64,000 bases of DNA, taken from IMG/VR virus record IMGVR_UViG_3300028805_003982, one strand, 5' to 3'. The notes under the pieces are model-generated. The model had not been told where the DNA came from. It was given only the letters and a program-made list of their open reading frames with translations, and ran no database searches. The stretch comes from a virus. Lineage: Duplodnaviria; Caudoviricetes. The first letter of the stretch is position 1. Each line of letters starts with the position of its first letter. The position numbers and the translations under genes are program-made. Shown here in pieces: positions 28,569-38,580 of the stretch.

Positions 28569-29120
28569 TCAGCCTCCTACTTGATCATTATGCTCGTCAA
28601 GCAACTCCTGAAAGTCTGCGTCGAGACGTTCACGGCGGGTTGCCGCGGATTCTTCCTTGACCTGTTCTTTTGTTGTCGGCGATGCTAATAAAGAATCTAT
28701 CTTAAGACTTAATATCTTTAAATCGATAGGGGCAAGACGGGGAAGATACATGATGATCTCAGACAACAAACGGGTACTGTCAACTGTCGTTACGCCTGAC
28801 GCAACATAGTCAGAACTGCCTTTGTGAAACTCCACTTCGGTTGGGTTGTAGAACTCGTCATCATCCGGCCCGACGCTCTCTCCGAAGATAAGATAACTGG
28901 GATTTACGTTGATGCGGTTAGCCAACTCAACATACTTCGGATACTTCAACTCAGCCGCCCCACGTTCTATTGTATTGTAATAACTGGGGGTGTACTGACA
29001 AGCTGTTGCAAAGTCTTTCTGCTTTATCTTTCTTGATTTTCTTATTTCTTTCAAGCGCTCTCCGATCGCTTTCCGATCAAGATTTTCTTTGTCAAATAAT
29101 GGTTCTGAAAAGTATGCCAT
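28569..29120 (-). CDS. XRE-family HTH regulator
   Basis: IGERLKEIRK...QKDFA...IERG...YLIFG. Confidence 0.88.
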   Translation of the reverse strand: MAYFSEPLFDKENLDRKAIGERLKEIRKSRKIKQKDFATACQYTPSYYNTIERGAAELKYPKYVELANRINVNPSYLIFGESVGPDDDEFYNPTEVEFHKGSSDYVASGVTTVDSTRLLSEIIMYLPRLAPIDLKILSLKIDSLLASPTTKEQVKEESAATRRERLDADFQELLDEHNDQVGG

Positions 29121-29207
29121 ATTGTGTTTCTCCTTCGTTTCCTTCGTCGTCGTTGGGGCTGAACAGTTGCGCAGAGCGCTCCTTCGGAGCCTGCTTCAGC
29201 TGCGCTT

Positions 29208-29250
29208 ATCTTCTCGCATCTCGCCCTCGTTGTCAAGCTAAAATTTCGAT
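29208..29250 (-). promoter_or_regulatory. Promoter of the XRE-xis-int operon with adjacent ATCGAAATTTT site
   Basis: TTGACA (29231-29236), 17 bp, GAAGAT on the minus strand. Confidence 0.55.
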
Positions 29251-29550
29251 TCGGATTGTGAAAATTGCGGTAAAAAATCAAAAGAACGCAAAAATAGCAG
29301 ATTCGACGCCGATCAACGTTTGATTCACCTCTGATTCTCCCGTGATTGCCCAATAAGGTATCAATTTACACCCACAACGGACTCCAAATGCCTCTTCTTC
29401 TTCTAAAATGGGGTGATATTGAGGCTAGCATACTGTCGGGTTTTTTTTGAGCCGGCGGTCTTTGAGAAGCTGTTTAAAGCAATCTTGTTGCGTTTTAAAG
29501 CGGACGTATTCGAAAACTTCGATAATTGTTTAGAAAATTTCAAAAAGTTA

Positions 29551-29578
29551 TTGAAATATCGAAATTTTGAGATATAAT
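29551..29578 (+). promoter_or_regulatory. sigmaA-type promoter of the sigma factor gene, with ATCGAAATTTT in the spacer
   Basis: TTGAAA, 16 bp, TATAAT. Confidence 0.7.
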
Positions 29579-29645
29579 GCAAACAAGAGATAGTGAGTGG
29601 CCGCATAAGAGTCACATTAAGAACGATTATTCAGGAGGTGCTGCA

Positions 29646-30662
29646 ATGAATAATTCAGGAAACAACAAGGAGCAGAAAAAGGATCTTGATCTGGCCGTTT
29701 CTGAGAGCTGGGTTGAAGAAGATATTCTGCTTGACGGCGTAGACGCCGATCAGATTGAGGAAAAGGCTAACGAGGATATCCGTAAGCTTCAGACTGAAAT
29801 GCGCGGTTCGGAAAGCTTCTACACTGAGGATGGTCTTAAGATGTTTTTGTATGAAGCGTCTGAGTATCGCATTCTCACTAAGGAAGAAACCACTGCCCTG
29901 CTCCGCAGGTTTGCAGACACTGGTGATCCGGAAGCGTTTCAGGAGCTCGTTAACCATAACCTCAGATTGGTATACGGTATTGCTATCAAGTACACCAACC
30001 GTGGCGTGGATATTCTGGATCTTATCCAGGAGGGTAACCTTGGTCTGATGAAGGCCATATCCAAGTTTGACGTTGAAAGAGAGACAATGCTTTCTACTTA
30101 TGCGGTTTACTGGATCAAGACTTCTATTACCAGAGCGATCAACAAGTACGGCAGAATGATACACATCCCCGAGTCAGAGGAACAGACGTTGTTTAAGATC
30201 AAGAGGTTCATCAAGAACTTTGAACAGGACAACGGTTATACTCCCGAACCGGAAGAGATCTCCGAGTTCCTTAACATTGACGTTAGCAGAGTTAAGAATC
30301 TGATCACCGCAGGTCAGCCTGTAGAATCTCTTGACTTTACAGAAGATGATGACCCCGAGCGCGGCAATAAGTATCGTGCGGTCGTAGCCGACGACGTATC
30401 TTGCCCTGTTTCCGAGTTCGAGAGGGCTTGCCTCGACGAGCTGCTCAAGAAGACAGCATCTATTCTGAGTCCTGAAGAAGCTTTCGTATTCAGTCACTTC
30501 TACACAGTCAATGCGCACGATAAGATGTCCATCCCGGAATTGGCTGACGCGTTGGGTTTGAAGTCTAACCAGATCAGGACTTTGAAGGCTAAGGCTATCA
30601 AAAAGATCAGAGGCAGCAGCCTTGCTCCTGCATTGGCAGAATTTCTCGCAGACAGAACTTAA
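29646..30662 (+). CDS. RpoD/SigA-like sigma-70 factor (element-encoded)
   Basis: LVNHNLRLV..IA.KYTNRG....DLIQEGNLGLMKA..KFD; STYA.YWI; divergent region 4. Confidence 0.92.
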   Translation: MNNSGNNKEQKKDLDLAVSESWVEEDILLDGVDADQIEEKANEDIRKLQTEMRGSESFYTEDGLKMFLYEASEYRILTKEETTALLRRFADTGDPEAFQELVNHNLRLVYGIAIKYTNRGVDILDLIQEGNLGLMKAISKFDVERETMLSTYAVYWIKTSITRAINKYGRMIHIPESEEQTLFKIKRFIKNFEQDNGYTPEPEEISEFLNIDVSRVKNLITAGQPVESLDFTEDDDPERGNKYRAVVADDVSCPVSEFERACLDELLKKTASILSPEEAFVFSHFYTVNAHDKMSIPELADALGLKSNQIRTLKAKAIKKIRGSSLAPALAEFLADRT

Positions 30663-30679
30663 TTATTGGGGGTATATAA

Positions 30680-31525
30680 ATGTATTCAAGAGCTGAATTA
30701 ATGAATCCGGTTGAGTACGCCAGACTGGAATCGCTGCAGGAACGTCTTTATAAGAAGTGTAAGAACTTAAAGGCGGATGTAAAGGTTCCTGTCATGGCTT
30801 GCTTCCGTTATAGAATGAAACCTTCGCACATGGTTGAGGAGTATCTGGATTATACATTCGTAGCTCCTAACGGTACCCTTAACATGGCGGACCCCAGTGA
30901 ATCTTTAGAAGATATCAGAGAAGCTATGGCCAACAGCAATCGCGGTAAAGAAGTTGTCTTATCCCGTTATTACCACAATAACAAGTTTATGCGTAAAGAC
31001 GGCAAGCTCAATGTAAGTTCCAGGCAGATCCGTTCTTATGCTTTGGGCGTATTAAGAAACTCCGGAGAGCTAAATAACATGGATTACTACCGGATGTCCG
31101 CCCTCATGAGGTTGCAGTATGGCCGTCAGGCTATCTCACCCGACAGCTTGGGTGAGTATGTTGAATGCCAGGATGCCGAAACACTGGCTGAGATGGTCGC
31201 CAATAAGGTCAGGGAATGCGTCAAGCTGACTAAGATCGAAAATGTGATGCTCGACTATTTTATCAGGCCCGGTTCGATGGATTACGAGCTGATGCAGCAG
31301 GTTTGGGGCGTCGGCATTCTTGATGATGACAAGTTGATAAAGCAGGCAAAGAACAAGATGCAGATAGCCATTAAAAGGTTTGTGCGGAAGGTTAATGAAT
31401 GCCGCGATATCACAGACGATACCTTTTATGCTTTCCTCGCAGCGTCTAATTTTGATTTTTACCGCAGGGGTCTTTTTGTACCGGAGCGTGTTTATGACGG
31501 AGCTAAAGGAGGGCTTGGAGTATGA
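30680..31525 (+). CDS. Hypothetical protein
   Basis: Operonic with the sigma factor. Confidence 0.75.
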   Translation: MYSRAELMNPVEYARLESLQERLYKKCKNLKADVKVPVMACFRYRMKPSHMVEEYLDYTFVAPNGTLNMADPSESLEDIREAMANSNRGKEVVLSRYYHNNKFMRKDGKLNVSSRQIRSYALGVLRNSGELNNMDYYRMSALMRLQYGRQAISPDSLGEYVECQDAETLAEMVANKVRECVKLTKIENVMLDYFIRPGSMDYELMQQVWGVGILDDDKLIKQAKNKMQIAIKRFVRKVNECRDITDDTFYAFLAASNFDFYRRGLFVPERVYDGAKGGLGV

Positions 31526-32715
31526 GCAGCAATAAGGGCTACGATGGAGACTTTGAATTCCAGAGACTTTTACCAAAAGATAAGGATGACTTACTATCTG
31601 ATCTCAAAGAGATAAGATCTTTGCAAGATAATCCGAACGCGGTTACTGCAGGGCTCAATCCTTGGTTTTACAACGAACAGGATGAACAGAAGATAACCGA
31701 CGACATCGATGCCGGTATCAACGAGTTCCTAACCGATCACGGTTTGCAAGCCCGCTTTTCCCCGAAAGAGTATGAGGAAAACCTTAAAATATTTCAAAAC
31801 ATATTGAATCACAAGTCTAAGAGGTTCAACAGAATGGTAGACCTGAACTTTGAACTGCTTCTTGATCACATCTTCAGCGATTCAGAAAAAGGGCTGCCTT
31901 TACCGGATAGCAGGATCTCCAACGGCGAGTTTATGGATAGGGTTTATGATGAGGTGTATAAGGTTACGTTCAATAAGCTGGTTGCTGCCCGGGGTAAAAC
32001 CCATAAGAGCCTAACTATTGGGTTTAAGACGGACTGCATGTTTACTGCGGATATGTTGCCCTTCGTGTCGGCCAAGATCATTATTGCGGTAATGAGTGAT
32101 CTTACCAGGCAAAAGGATCAGCAGACTTTTAATCAGGGCAAAGAGAATCCTTCGGACGAGTTAGACAGACTAAAAGACCTTTGTTCTGAACAGCAGATGA
32201 CCATAAATAGGCTCAAGGCTAAACTAAACTCCGTATCCGGCGGTCAGAACAAACAATCTCTGCAAGGTTATGATGCACGCGAAGAACAGCGTAAACTAAA
32301 CAAGCTTCAAAAACAATATGACAAACTGATGGATAAGTATCAAAGACTTCTTGCCGAAGAGGAGATAGACGAAGCCGCAGGGGATCTGTTGGACGCTGAA
32401 GATACGGAAACTGCCGGGCTGCGTGTTACGGACCGCATATATTTCTGCAGAACCCTGCCTAATAATCTTGCGGTGGCCGGTATGGACGAACGTCTTAAAG
32501 CTAAGTTCCCTAACAGTAATGCGGGTGATAACATTCCCGTCAATATTGACACTTATGATGCGGTCGTCATACTGACCCGTTATATGAAGCACGGACACTA
32601 TTGGGGCGTGCGGGATACTTGCAAAAGACGCGGGGTTCCCGTATATCACTGTTTTGAATGGAATGTTGACGCTATAGCCCGCAGGCTTGAAGGCGGAAGC
32701 AATTATTCTTTGTAA
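31522..32715 (+). CDS. Coiled-coil protein with C-terminal DUF2325-like domain
   Basis: D.VVILT.YMKH..YW.VRD.CK.RGVP. Confidence 0.65.
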   Translation: MSSNKGYDGDFEFQRLLPKDKDDLLSDLKEIRSLQDNPNAVTAGLNPWFYNEQDEQKITDDIDAGINEFLTDHGLQARFSPKEYEENLKIFQNILNHKSKRFNRMVDLNFELLLDHIFSDSEKGLPLPDSRISNGEFMDRVYDEVYKVTFNKLVAARGKTHKSLTIGFKTDCMFTADMLPFVSAKIIIAVMSDLTRQKDQQTFNQGKENPSDELDRLKDLCSEQQMTINRLKAKLNSVSGGQNKQSLQGYDAREEQRKLNKLQKQYDKLMDKYQRLLAEEEIDEAAGDLLDAEDTETAGLRVTDRIYFCRTLPNNLAVAGMDERLKAKFPNSNAGDNIPVNIDTYDAVVILTRYMKHGHYWGVRDTCKRRGVPVYHCFEWNVDAIARRLEGGSNYSL

Positions 32716-32727
32716 GGGAGGTTTACC

Positions 32728-33156
32728 ATGCTGCAGTATACAGACGATCATTTGTGTTATCTTGTTCAGCAATTGTGTAAGCGGGATAAGGATCTGTTGT
32801 TTGACAAGGAAGCTAAGGAGTTGGTTGAAGAACTTATGGTCAGGTTTGATATAAACAGAAAAATCCTTGAGGAGCAGCGGATCAGATTGGAAGAGATAGA
32901 TCGGGAGGCTTATAAGAACGAAGAATTGCATTCCTTGGAGGAAGCCAACCGGGTTCTTAAGGATCAGCTCAAGGATAAGATAGGTCTTACTCTGAGAGAA
33001 AGAAACAGATTAAATGAATGGACAAAACAGCACGAGGAGTCTGACAAGACGGTAATACACACATACAGTTATGTCCTCCACCCTTTAGGGGATACCGGAA
33101 GATATATATGTAACGTAGTCAGATGCTCGTGCGGAGCCGAGTGCATTGTCATTTAA
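32728..33156 (+). CDS. Hypothetical, coiled coil plus CSCG
   Basis: GGAGG RBS. Confidence 0.65.
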   Translation: MLQYTDDHLCYLVQQLCKRDKDLLFDKEAKELVEELMVRFDINRKILEEQRIRLEEIDREAYKNEELHSLEEANRVLKDQLKDKIGLTLRERNRLNEWTKQHEESDKTVIHTYSYVLHPLGDTGRYICNVVRCSCGAECIVI

Positions 33157-33231
33157 TTTTTATGTTAACGACTCATTGTATAGATATTCCGATGATACAA
33201 TGCCTACCAAATAATAAAGGAGGACGCGTTT

Positions 33232-34074
33232 ATGAAAAAGTTAATGAGTTTGGTATTAATATCTTCCCTGCTTATCGGGTGCTGCGCCTGTAGCGGTAAA
33301 GACAACGGATCTTCTGATCCCGTAAGCCCCGGCGAAACTGAGGTAACGGAAGAGTCGGTAAAAACAGATACTTCATCTGATATCATAAATCTGTTGAATA
33401 CTGTTCCATCAAACGGTATGAAGGGTTCTGCTTTTGAAGCATCCCTCGGAAAAGATTTTAAGTTGTTCCTTAAAACAGGCGACGGTATCATGTATAGGAA
33501 TCTCGCAGCTTACAGAGCTGACGGAACGGACGAGTCCCAGATAAAGTCATATACTATCAACGGTTTTGATACAGAAAGTCAGATGGATGGTGATGTAGCT
33601 TTTAAAAGGCTTGATTATTCGACGGATTCATTGGGCTACGAAAGAACCACTTGGCAGGCGGAAAGTCTGTATGAGAGTTCTTTTTATGTGACATCGGTCT
33701 ATGCGACAATAACCACTTACGCTGAAGCTGAAGCCGTGTATGAGTCCCTTTTAACATATTATAAAGGCATCTACCCTAATATATCGGATGTTCGAGACAA
33801 TGCTAAATGGATCGCGAACGCCGATAATGCAATAAAGGTGTCAGATCCGGCCAAGAATATGTTTGACAACGATTCGAAACTGATGAAACAATACTCTGAG
33901 TATATAAGTACTGACGACAACGGGAATGAGGTCTTCATATACAACCCGGCTCCTCAGATATTGACTATGTCTCGTTTGGGTAACGGGACATACGAAATAT
34001 GTGCTACCAATTACATAGCCGCATTTGATATGTTAGAGTTTGTCGAAAGCGTACGTGATCTTAAAGCTTCATAA
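33232..34074 (+). CDS. Lipoprotein
   Basis: MKK, hydrophobic stretch, then CCAC lipobox-like Cys. Confidence 0.75.
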   Translation: MKKLMSLVLISSLLIGCCACSGKDNGSSDPVSPGETEVTEESVKTDTSSDIINLLNTVPSNGMKGSAFEASLGKDFKLFLKTGDGIMYRNLAAYRADGTDESQIKSYTINGFDTESQMDGDVAFKRLDYSTDSLGYERTTWQAESLYESSFYVTSVYATITTYAEAEAVYESLLTYYKGIYPNISDVRDNAKWIANADNAIKVSDPAKNMFDNDSKLMKQYSEYISTDDNGNEVFIYNPAPQILTMSRLGNGTYEICATNYIAAFDMLEFVESVRDLKAS

Positions 34075-34100
34075 TATAATCGAATTAATTAGCCAACAAG

Positions 34101-34129
34101 TAAACCCGCAACCTGCGGGTTTATTTTTG
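34101..34129 (+). terminator. Intrinsic terminator
   Basis: taaacccgca-acc-tgcgggttta followed by T run. Confidence 0.8.
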
Positions 34130-34195
34130 TAGTTTGTTCTAAATAAACCGTAATAAGTAATAATACTTCTTAGAATATGGTTTAAGGAGAAAAGC

Positions 34196-34786
34196 ATGGG
34201 GCGCATTCTTTTTATTGCTGATACGCACTTCGGTGACTCAGGTATATCCAAGTATCAAGCCGGTATAGACGATGTCAAGGTTAGAGATGACATGCTGCTT
34301 TCCTTTTGGAATGACAACGTGCATCGCAGCGATGATGTTTACATTCTCGGAGATCTTATCAGTCACGCACACAAACCGTTCGAATGGTATTTGAAAAGGC
34401 TTCCGGGGCACCTGCATCTTATCGAGGGAAATCACGACTATGATCTGGTGAGATCCAGAAATGCTATGAAATATTTTGAGAGTGTGGATCAGATCAAGTT
34501 CGTCAGAGACGTTGATTCTGACGGGCACGGTGCGATCCTTTGTCACTACCCCATAGCGGAATGGAACGGCTACAGAAAAGGCGTTAATCATGTTTACGGA
34601 CATATTCATGGGCAGCCCGGCAGCGCGGACGTAGCACAATTTATGAAAGATAAAAGCGAAAAAGGATTTGGGGTTGCCATAAACTGCGGTGCTACCCCGA
34701 TCCCGACCCCGCCAATGGAGTTTGAGGAATGGTTGAAGCGTTCGATTGCCGACAACTCCGGCACAGACATTAGCACTTTGTTATAA
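34196..34786 (+). CDS. Calcineurin-like metallophosphoesterase
   Basis: ADTHFG, ILGD, GNHD, CHYP, YGHIH. Confidence 0.92.
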   Translation: MGRILFIADTHFGDSGISKYQAGIDDVKVRDDMLLSFWNDNVHRSDDVYILGDLISHAHKPFEWYLKRLPGHLHLIEGNHDYDLVRSRNAMKYFESVDQIKFVRDVDSDGHGAILCHYPIAEWNGYRKGVNHVYGHIHGQPGSADVAQFMKDKSEKGFGVAINCGATPIPTPPMEFEEWLKRSIADNSGTDISTLL

Positions 34787-34797
34787 GGAGGTTTTAT

Positions 34798-35334
34798 ATG
34801 GGTTACAGATCTGATGTTGTCATACTGGCTACAGAAAGCATTGCAAAAAGGATCATCGAGATGTCTAAAGAAGCTTCTTACATTCCCGATAGCATCGAGA
34901 AAGGCACCGGTGTGTTTTACACTAACGAAAAATATGAGTGTGCTAAATATGCGTGTGTTGGTGATAAAGGGCCTAGAACGGGATATCAGACCAGCTATGT
35001 TATCAAGTGGAATAATGTGAAATGGTATAAGGATGACCCTTTTGTTATGATGGTTAACGAGTTCTTATCCGATTTTGATGATTCGCATGACAGTTTTGAA
35101 AAGTGCGCTTCTTTTGACAGTGACGGTAAAGTTACCGGTGTGGATGCATTTGTTTTCCATGAAATAGGTGTATATGATGTCGAGGATTACACGGTTATCA
35201 AATCTGCTTGTGCTTGGGATACATCTTTGATCAGTTCGGGGTTAATGAGATCTATAGATTACGAAGACGCGGTTATGCAGACAGATGAGATAGAAGTATC
35301 AGATATCGTTTCTGATACAGGCGAGCATTTGTAA
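34798..35334 (+). CDS. Hypothetical phage-like protein
   Basis: MGYRSDV...W..VKWY. Confidence 0.7.
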   Translation: MGYRSDVVILATESIAKRIIEMSKEASYIPDSIEKGTGVFYTNEKYECAKYACVGDKGPRTGYQTSYVIKWNNVKWYKDDPFVMMVNEFLSDFDDSHDSFEKCASFDSDGKVTGVDAFVFHEIGVYDVEDYTVIKSACAWDTSLISSGLMRSIDYEDAVMQTDEIEVSDIVSDTGEHL

Positions 35335-35350
35335 TGGGAGGATTTGATAT

Positions 35351-35785
35351 ATGAACATGAACAGTTTTGTAAAAAAGTGGGATGGTAAGGGTATTCAAGA
35401 CGATGGGCCCGTGACCAGCGATGAATTCAAAGAGTTTGCAAAGGATTTCAAAGGGGTTCTTAAAGACATGTGTCAGCGAAATGGTTGGAGTCTAGAGGAC
35501 TTTTCCAAGGGTCATTATGACATATCCGGGTTTTTGAGCCGTCCTATGAACAACGGATCTAAGGCTTATATCTATTATAATTTTAATGTTCCCAGAGGAG
35601 AATTTCCTTTATCGTTAAGAACTGAACAGTTCAGACAGGCGTTGCTCTATAGAACTGCTAAAAACATTCATGACTATACCGGCGGGTCTAACAGCTACTG
35701 TGCCGTAGCCGATATGGAAGACTGGATACAGACAAAGTTTGGCAGGATTGAAAGGATGGAAGGCGTTGAGCCAAGATCCTTATAA
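35351..35785 (+). CDS. Hypothetical protein
   Basis: GHY..SGF and YRTA....DYTGG.N motifs. Confidence 0.7.
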   Translation: MNMNSFVKKWDGKGIQDDGPVTSDEFKEFAKDFKGVLKDMCQRNGWSLEDFSKGHYDISGFLSRPMNNGSKAYIYYNFNVPRGEFPLSLRTEQFRQALLYRTAKNIHDYTGGSNSYCAVADMEDWIQTKFGRIERMEGVEPRSL

Positions 35786-35798
35786 GGAGGAATATAGT

Positions 35799-35966
35799 AT
35801 GAACATTTATTTTAGCGACCTTAATAAAGATGCCCAGCAGCGCCTTTTGGCAGAGGCCGGCATTAATGATCCCAAGGAGGCTAACTGGGATATGGATATA
35901 GTACCTTTGGCTACGATCAACGCCAATGGTTTAGACGATGATGAAGGTTTTGGTATTTCCGATTAA
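35799..35966 (+). CDS. Small acidic protein
   Basis: AAGGAGG RBS; IYFSDL..DAQ..LL...NWD. Confidence 0.65.
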   Translation: MNIYFSDLNKDAQQRLLAEAGINDPKEANWDMDIVPLATINANGLDDDEGFGISD

Positions 35967-36014
35967 TGTAATAATATGTATATAATAATATGATAACTAT
36001 ATAAGGGGCTTGTT

Positions 36015-37235
36015 ATGGGCAAAAAGTTTGTTGTAGATGTTGCGGAATATGAACTCATGCATAAAGACAGGGTGGTAGCTACTGTATATATGGATGAGGA
36101 TTATATGAACATACTCGGTATAAAAAAGGTGTATTCTGAAAAAGATGTTCCATTAGGTATCAGGGAAAAACCTGATAAGAAGTCACCTGTTAACCGTAAT
36201 AAGCTCCGTGACTGGTGGTCCGGAAGGGTTCTTCCCGCAACCAGAAGACATATACAAGATGCGCTGCATTCGTTAGGGGTTTCTGTACCGTCTAAGTTGT
36301 TGGAATACAATTTCGGATTAAGCCTTTCTGACAGTTATTGGGCAAGACCAGCAGGCAGAAATGATCTGAGCTGGGATAGTCTCAATTTTTACAACAATGA
36401 TTTTGTCGATGATTTAGGTTATTATCTCGTTGAAGATTCTCCTTCATCTGTAACTTACGCCAAAGAGATCAACCTGTTTACTCCGGATGGTACTACAAAC
36501 GGAGATCTTATTAAAGGATGGATTATATCTGACGGTAACAGGTTTCTGTTAAAAAGAGGATACACCCCTGCTCAGGATGCTAACGAAATAATCGCGTCTG
36601 AAATATGCAAAAGACTCGGCATTCCGCACGCTGAATACACAGCCTTCAGATTTTCAAATCTTACGGTTAGCGCCAGTCTTCTTTTCACAAGCGAGTCTGT
36701 TGAATATATCCCTATGATAAGCGTAATAGATTCCTTAAAAGCATCCAACAGCTTATCTGCGTATGAGCATTCAGTTGCGGCTTGCGTAGATCTCGGTATT
36801 CCGGAAGAAGATGTGAGGAAAGGTCTTGAGCAGATGCTGGTGGTAGACTATCTTACAAAGAACTATGACAGACACTACGGTAATTTTGGTGTGTTAAGGA
36901 ATGTTGATACAGGGGAGTTTATAGGTATGGCGCCTGTATTTGATACCGGCAGTTCGTTTAGGTTTGTCAGTCGTGAAGACTCGATCGGAGGTTTGAAGGT
37001 AGCTGAATGTAAGCCTTACAGAAGTACGCACGATAAGCAGATCGAGTATGTAAAGGATCTATGCTGCTATGATTTTGATTCTTTGTCCGATATGAAGGCT
37101 TTTATCGAAAACACTTATGAAACTTTCGGGCTTGATAAAGAGTCCCTCGAATGCAAAGACGCAGTGCGTATATTTGAAAACCAGTTAGACAAGATCAAGA
37201 ACTTGCAGAACAGAATGGACTGCCCGACTCTTTAA
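36015..37235 (+). CDS. HipA/CtkA-like kinase with no adjacent antitoxin
   Basis: SLSDSYW, G.L.K.W, L.K, NE..AS, NYDRHYGNFG, APVFDTG. Confidence 0.88.
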   Translation: MGKKFVVDVAEYELMHKDRVVATVYMDEDYMNILGIKKVYSEKDVPLGIREKPDKKSPVNRNKLRDWWSGRVLPATRRHIQDALHSLGVSVPSKLLEYNFGLSLSDSYWARPAGRNDLSWDSLNFYNNDFVDDLGYYLVEDSPSSVTYAKEINLFTPDGTTNGDLIKGWIISDGNRFLLKRGYTPAQDANEIIASEICKRLGIPHAEYTAFRFSNLTVSASLLFTSESVEYIPMISVIDSLKASNSLSAYEHSVAACVDLGIPEEDVRKGLEQMLVVDYLTKNYDRHYGNFGVLRNVDTGEFIGMAPVFDTGSSFRFVSREDSIGGLKVAECKPYRSTHDKQIEYVKDLCCYDFDSLSDMKAFIENTYETFGLDKESLECKDAVRIFENQLDKIKNLQNRMDCPTL

Positions 37236-37262
37236 ACTTCTGAACCCAATTGCATCTTATAT

Positions 37263-37294
37263 AAACTCCGCAGGCCAAAACAGGCGGAGTTTTT
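37263..37294 (+). terminator. Intrinsic terminator
   Basis: aaactccgc-N12-gcggagttttt. Confidence 0.7.
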
Positions 37295-38095
37295 AATTGT
37301 GTTAAAGTGGAACAATCAGAGCCTGCAATTTTGTCCAATTTGTACAAAGGTAACAGGATAGGTAAGGGGCTCGTGTTTGGCACATTAACACAAACGTGAA
37401 GGCGTTTATTATATAAAATGACAATGAAATAGGATTTGATTTTCAAGAGAAGACTGTTTTTATTGCACATGCAATACAGTATTGAGGACGTTTTTTCGTC
37501 ACGTCAACATTTTTTTGGCTCTTATTGGGCTGTTTTAGAAAATCGCACAGGTCCGAATGCACATATTTTTTCAAAGTTAAGAAGAATAATAAGGTGATTT
37601 TCAACAAACGGAGAGCTTGAAAAAATTGTTTTATCGAATTTTTCAAAATTGGAGCAGGTCTCAAAATGTTGAATAATCGAAAAATTAAGCAAAACGCAAG
37701 TTTGCAAAAAAAGTGTGTTTTAGATAAACCAAAAACAAATACGATAAAACAACATTTTATTTTACGACAAATCAAAAAGATTTCTATTTATTATTTATTA
37801 TAATAGTGAAAAGATTATTGAATACCCTAACTTTTGAAATTAATTAAACTTTATTTTTGTAATTCATTTTTTATATATTATTATCGCGCTCTATACATAT
37901 ATAATTTTTATCTTAATGTTTTTTCAAACTTTCGTCATTTCAACAAAATAGCCTTTTGATCAACTTACCTTAAACCTTCCCCGATCCTTCTGCCGGTAAA
38001 ACTTGTTCTACCTTTAATTTTGTCTGTAATAATTAACTCATAATAAAGATCTCTTTGCTTGGGGGCTTTGAAAGAGATCTTTTAATAAATGTGAT
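37295..38095. other. AT-rich non-coding region, candidate oriT and/or replication origin
   Basis: No credible ORF; minus-strand ACCTATCCTGT at about 37353-37363; very AT-rich 37720-37930. Confidence 0.4.
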
Positions 38096-38109
38096 AAGGA
38101 GTGTTTTGT

Positions 38110-38568
38110 ATGGCAATCAAAAACATTTCAGACGAGATCAGAGCCAAATATGAGCTTTATAAACCTTTAGACTTCAGTCCGAAGGCAGTTGATAATTTTG
38201 ATAAATACTACAGGGCTTTCGTGAGTGCTATCGTGGATGACGTTTCAGGTCCTGACGGCATTGCCGAAGTCAGAAGGTTCCCGTGTTTTATGGATAATGA
38301 TGATTACGGAGTGTTTTCCTTCCGTTTCAATCTGGTTAATGTTGGCGACGATAATATACATATAAGTATGGTTTCCGAAGATGAATCCCTCGATTTCAGT
38401 CTCAGAGAAGCGTATGTAAAGAATGAAGGAGATAACCTGTCTTCCTGGTTATATGACTTTACTGATAACGGCAAAGCTAAAGTCCTCTCTGATGACAGGT
38501 CTTCTGAAACTACTCTTTCCGAGCTTCTTAAAAGCATTAAAAGTCCTGAACATGATTTTGTTTTATAA
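38110..38568 (+). CDS. Hypothetical protein
   Basis: AAGGAG RBS. Confidence 0.7.
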   Translation: MAIKNISDEIRAKYELYKPLDFSPKAVDNFDKYYRAFVSAIVDDVSGPDGIAEVRRFPCFMDNDDYGVFSFRFNLVNVGDDNIHISMVSEDESLDFSLREAYVKNEGDNLSSWLYDFTDNGKAKVLSDDRSSETTLSELLKSIKSPEHDFVL

Positions 38569-38580
38569 AGGAGAGTTGCT

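Noticed and set aside
37195-37775. Minus-strand ORFs in the AT-rich gap
   Set aside because: F/K/L-rich low-complexity translations typical of non-coding DNA
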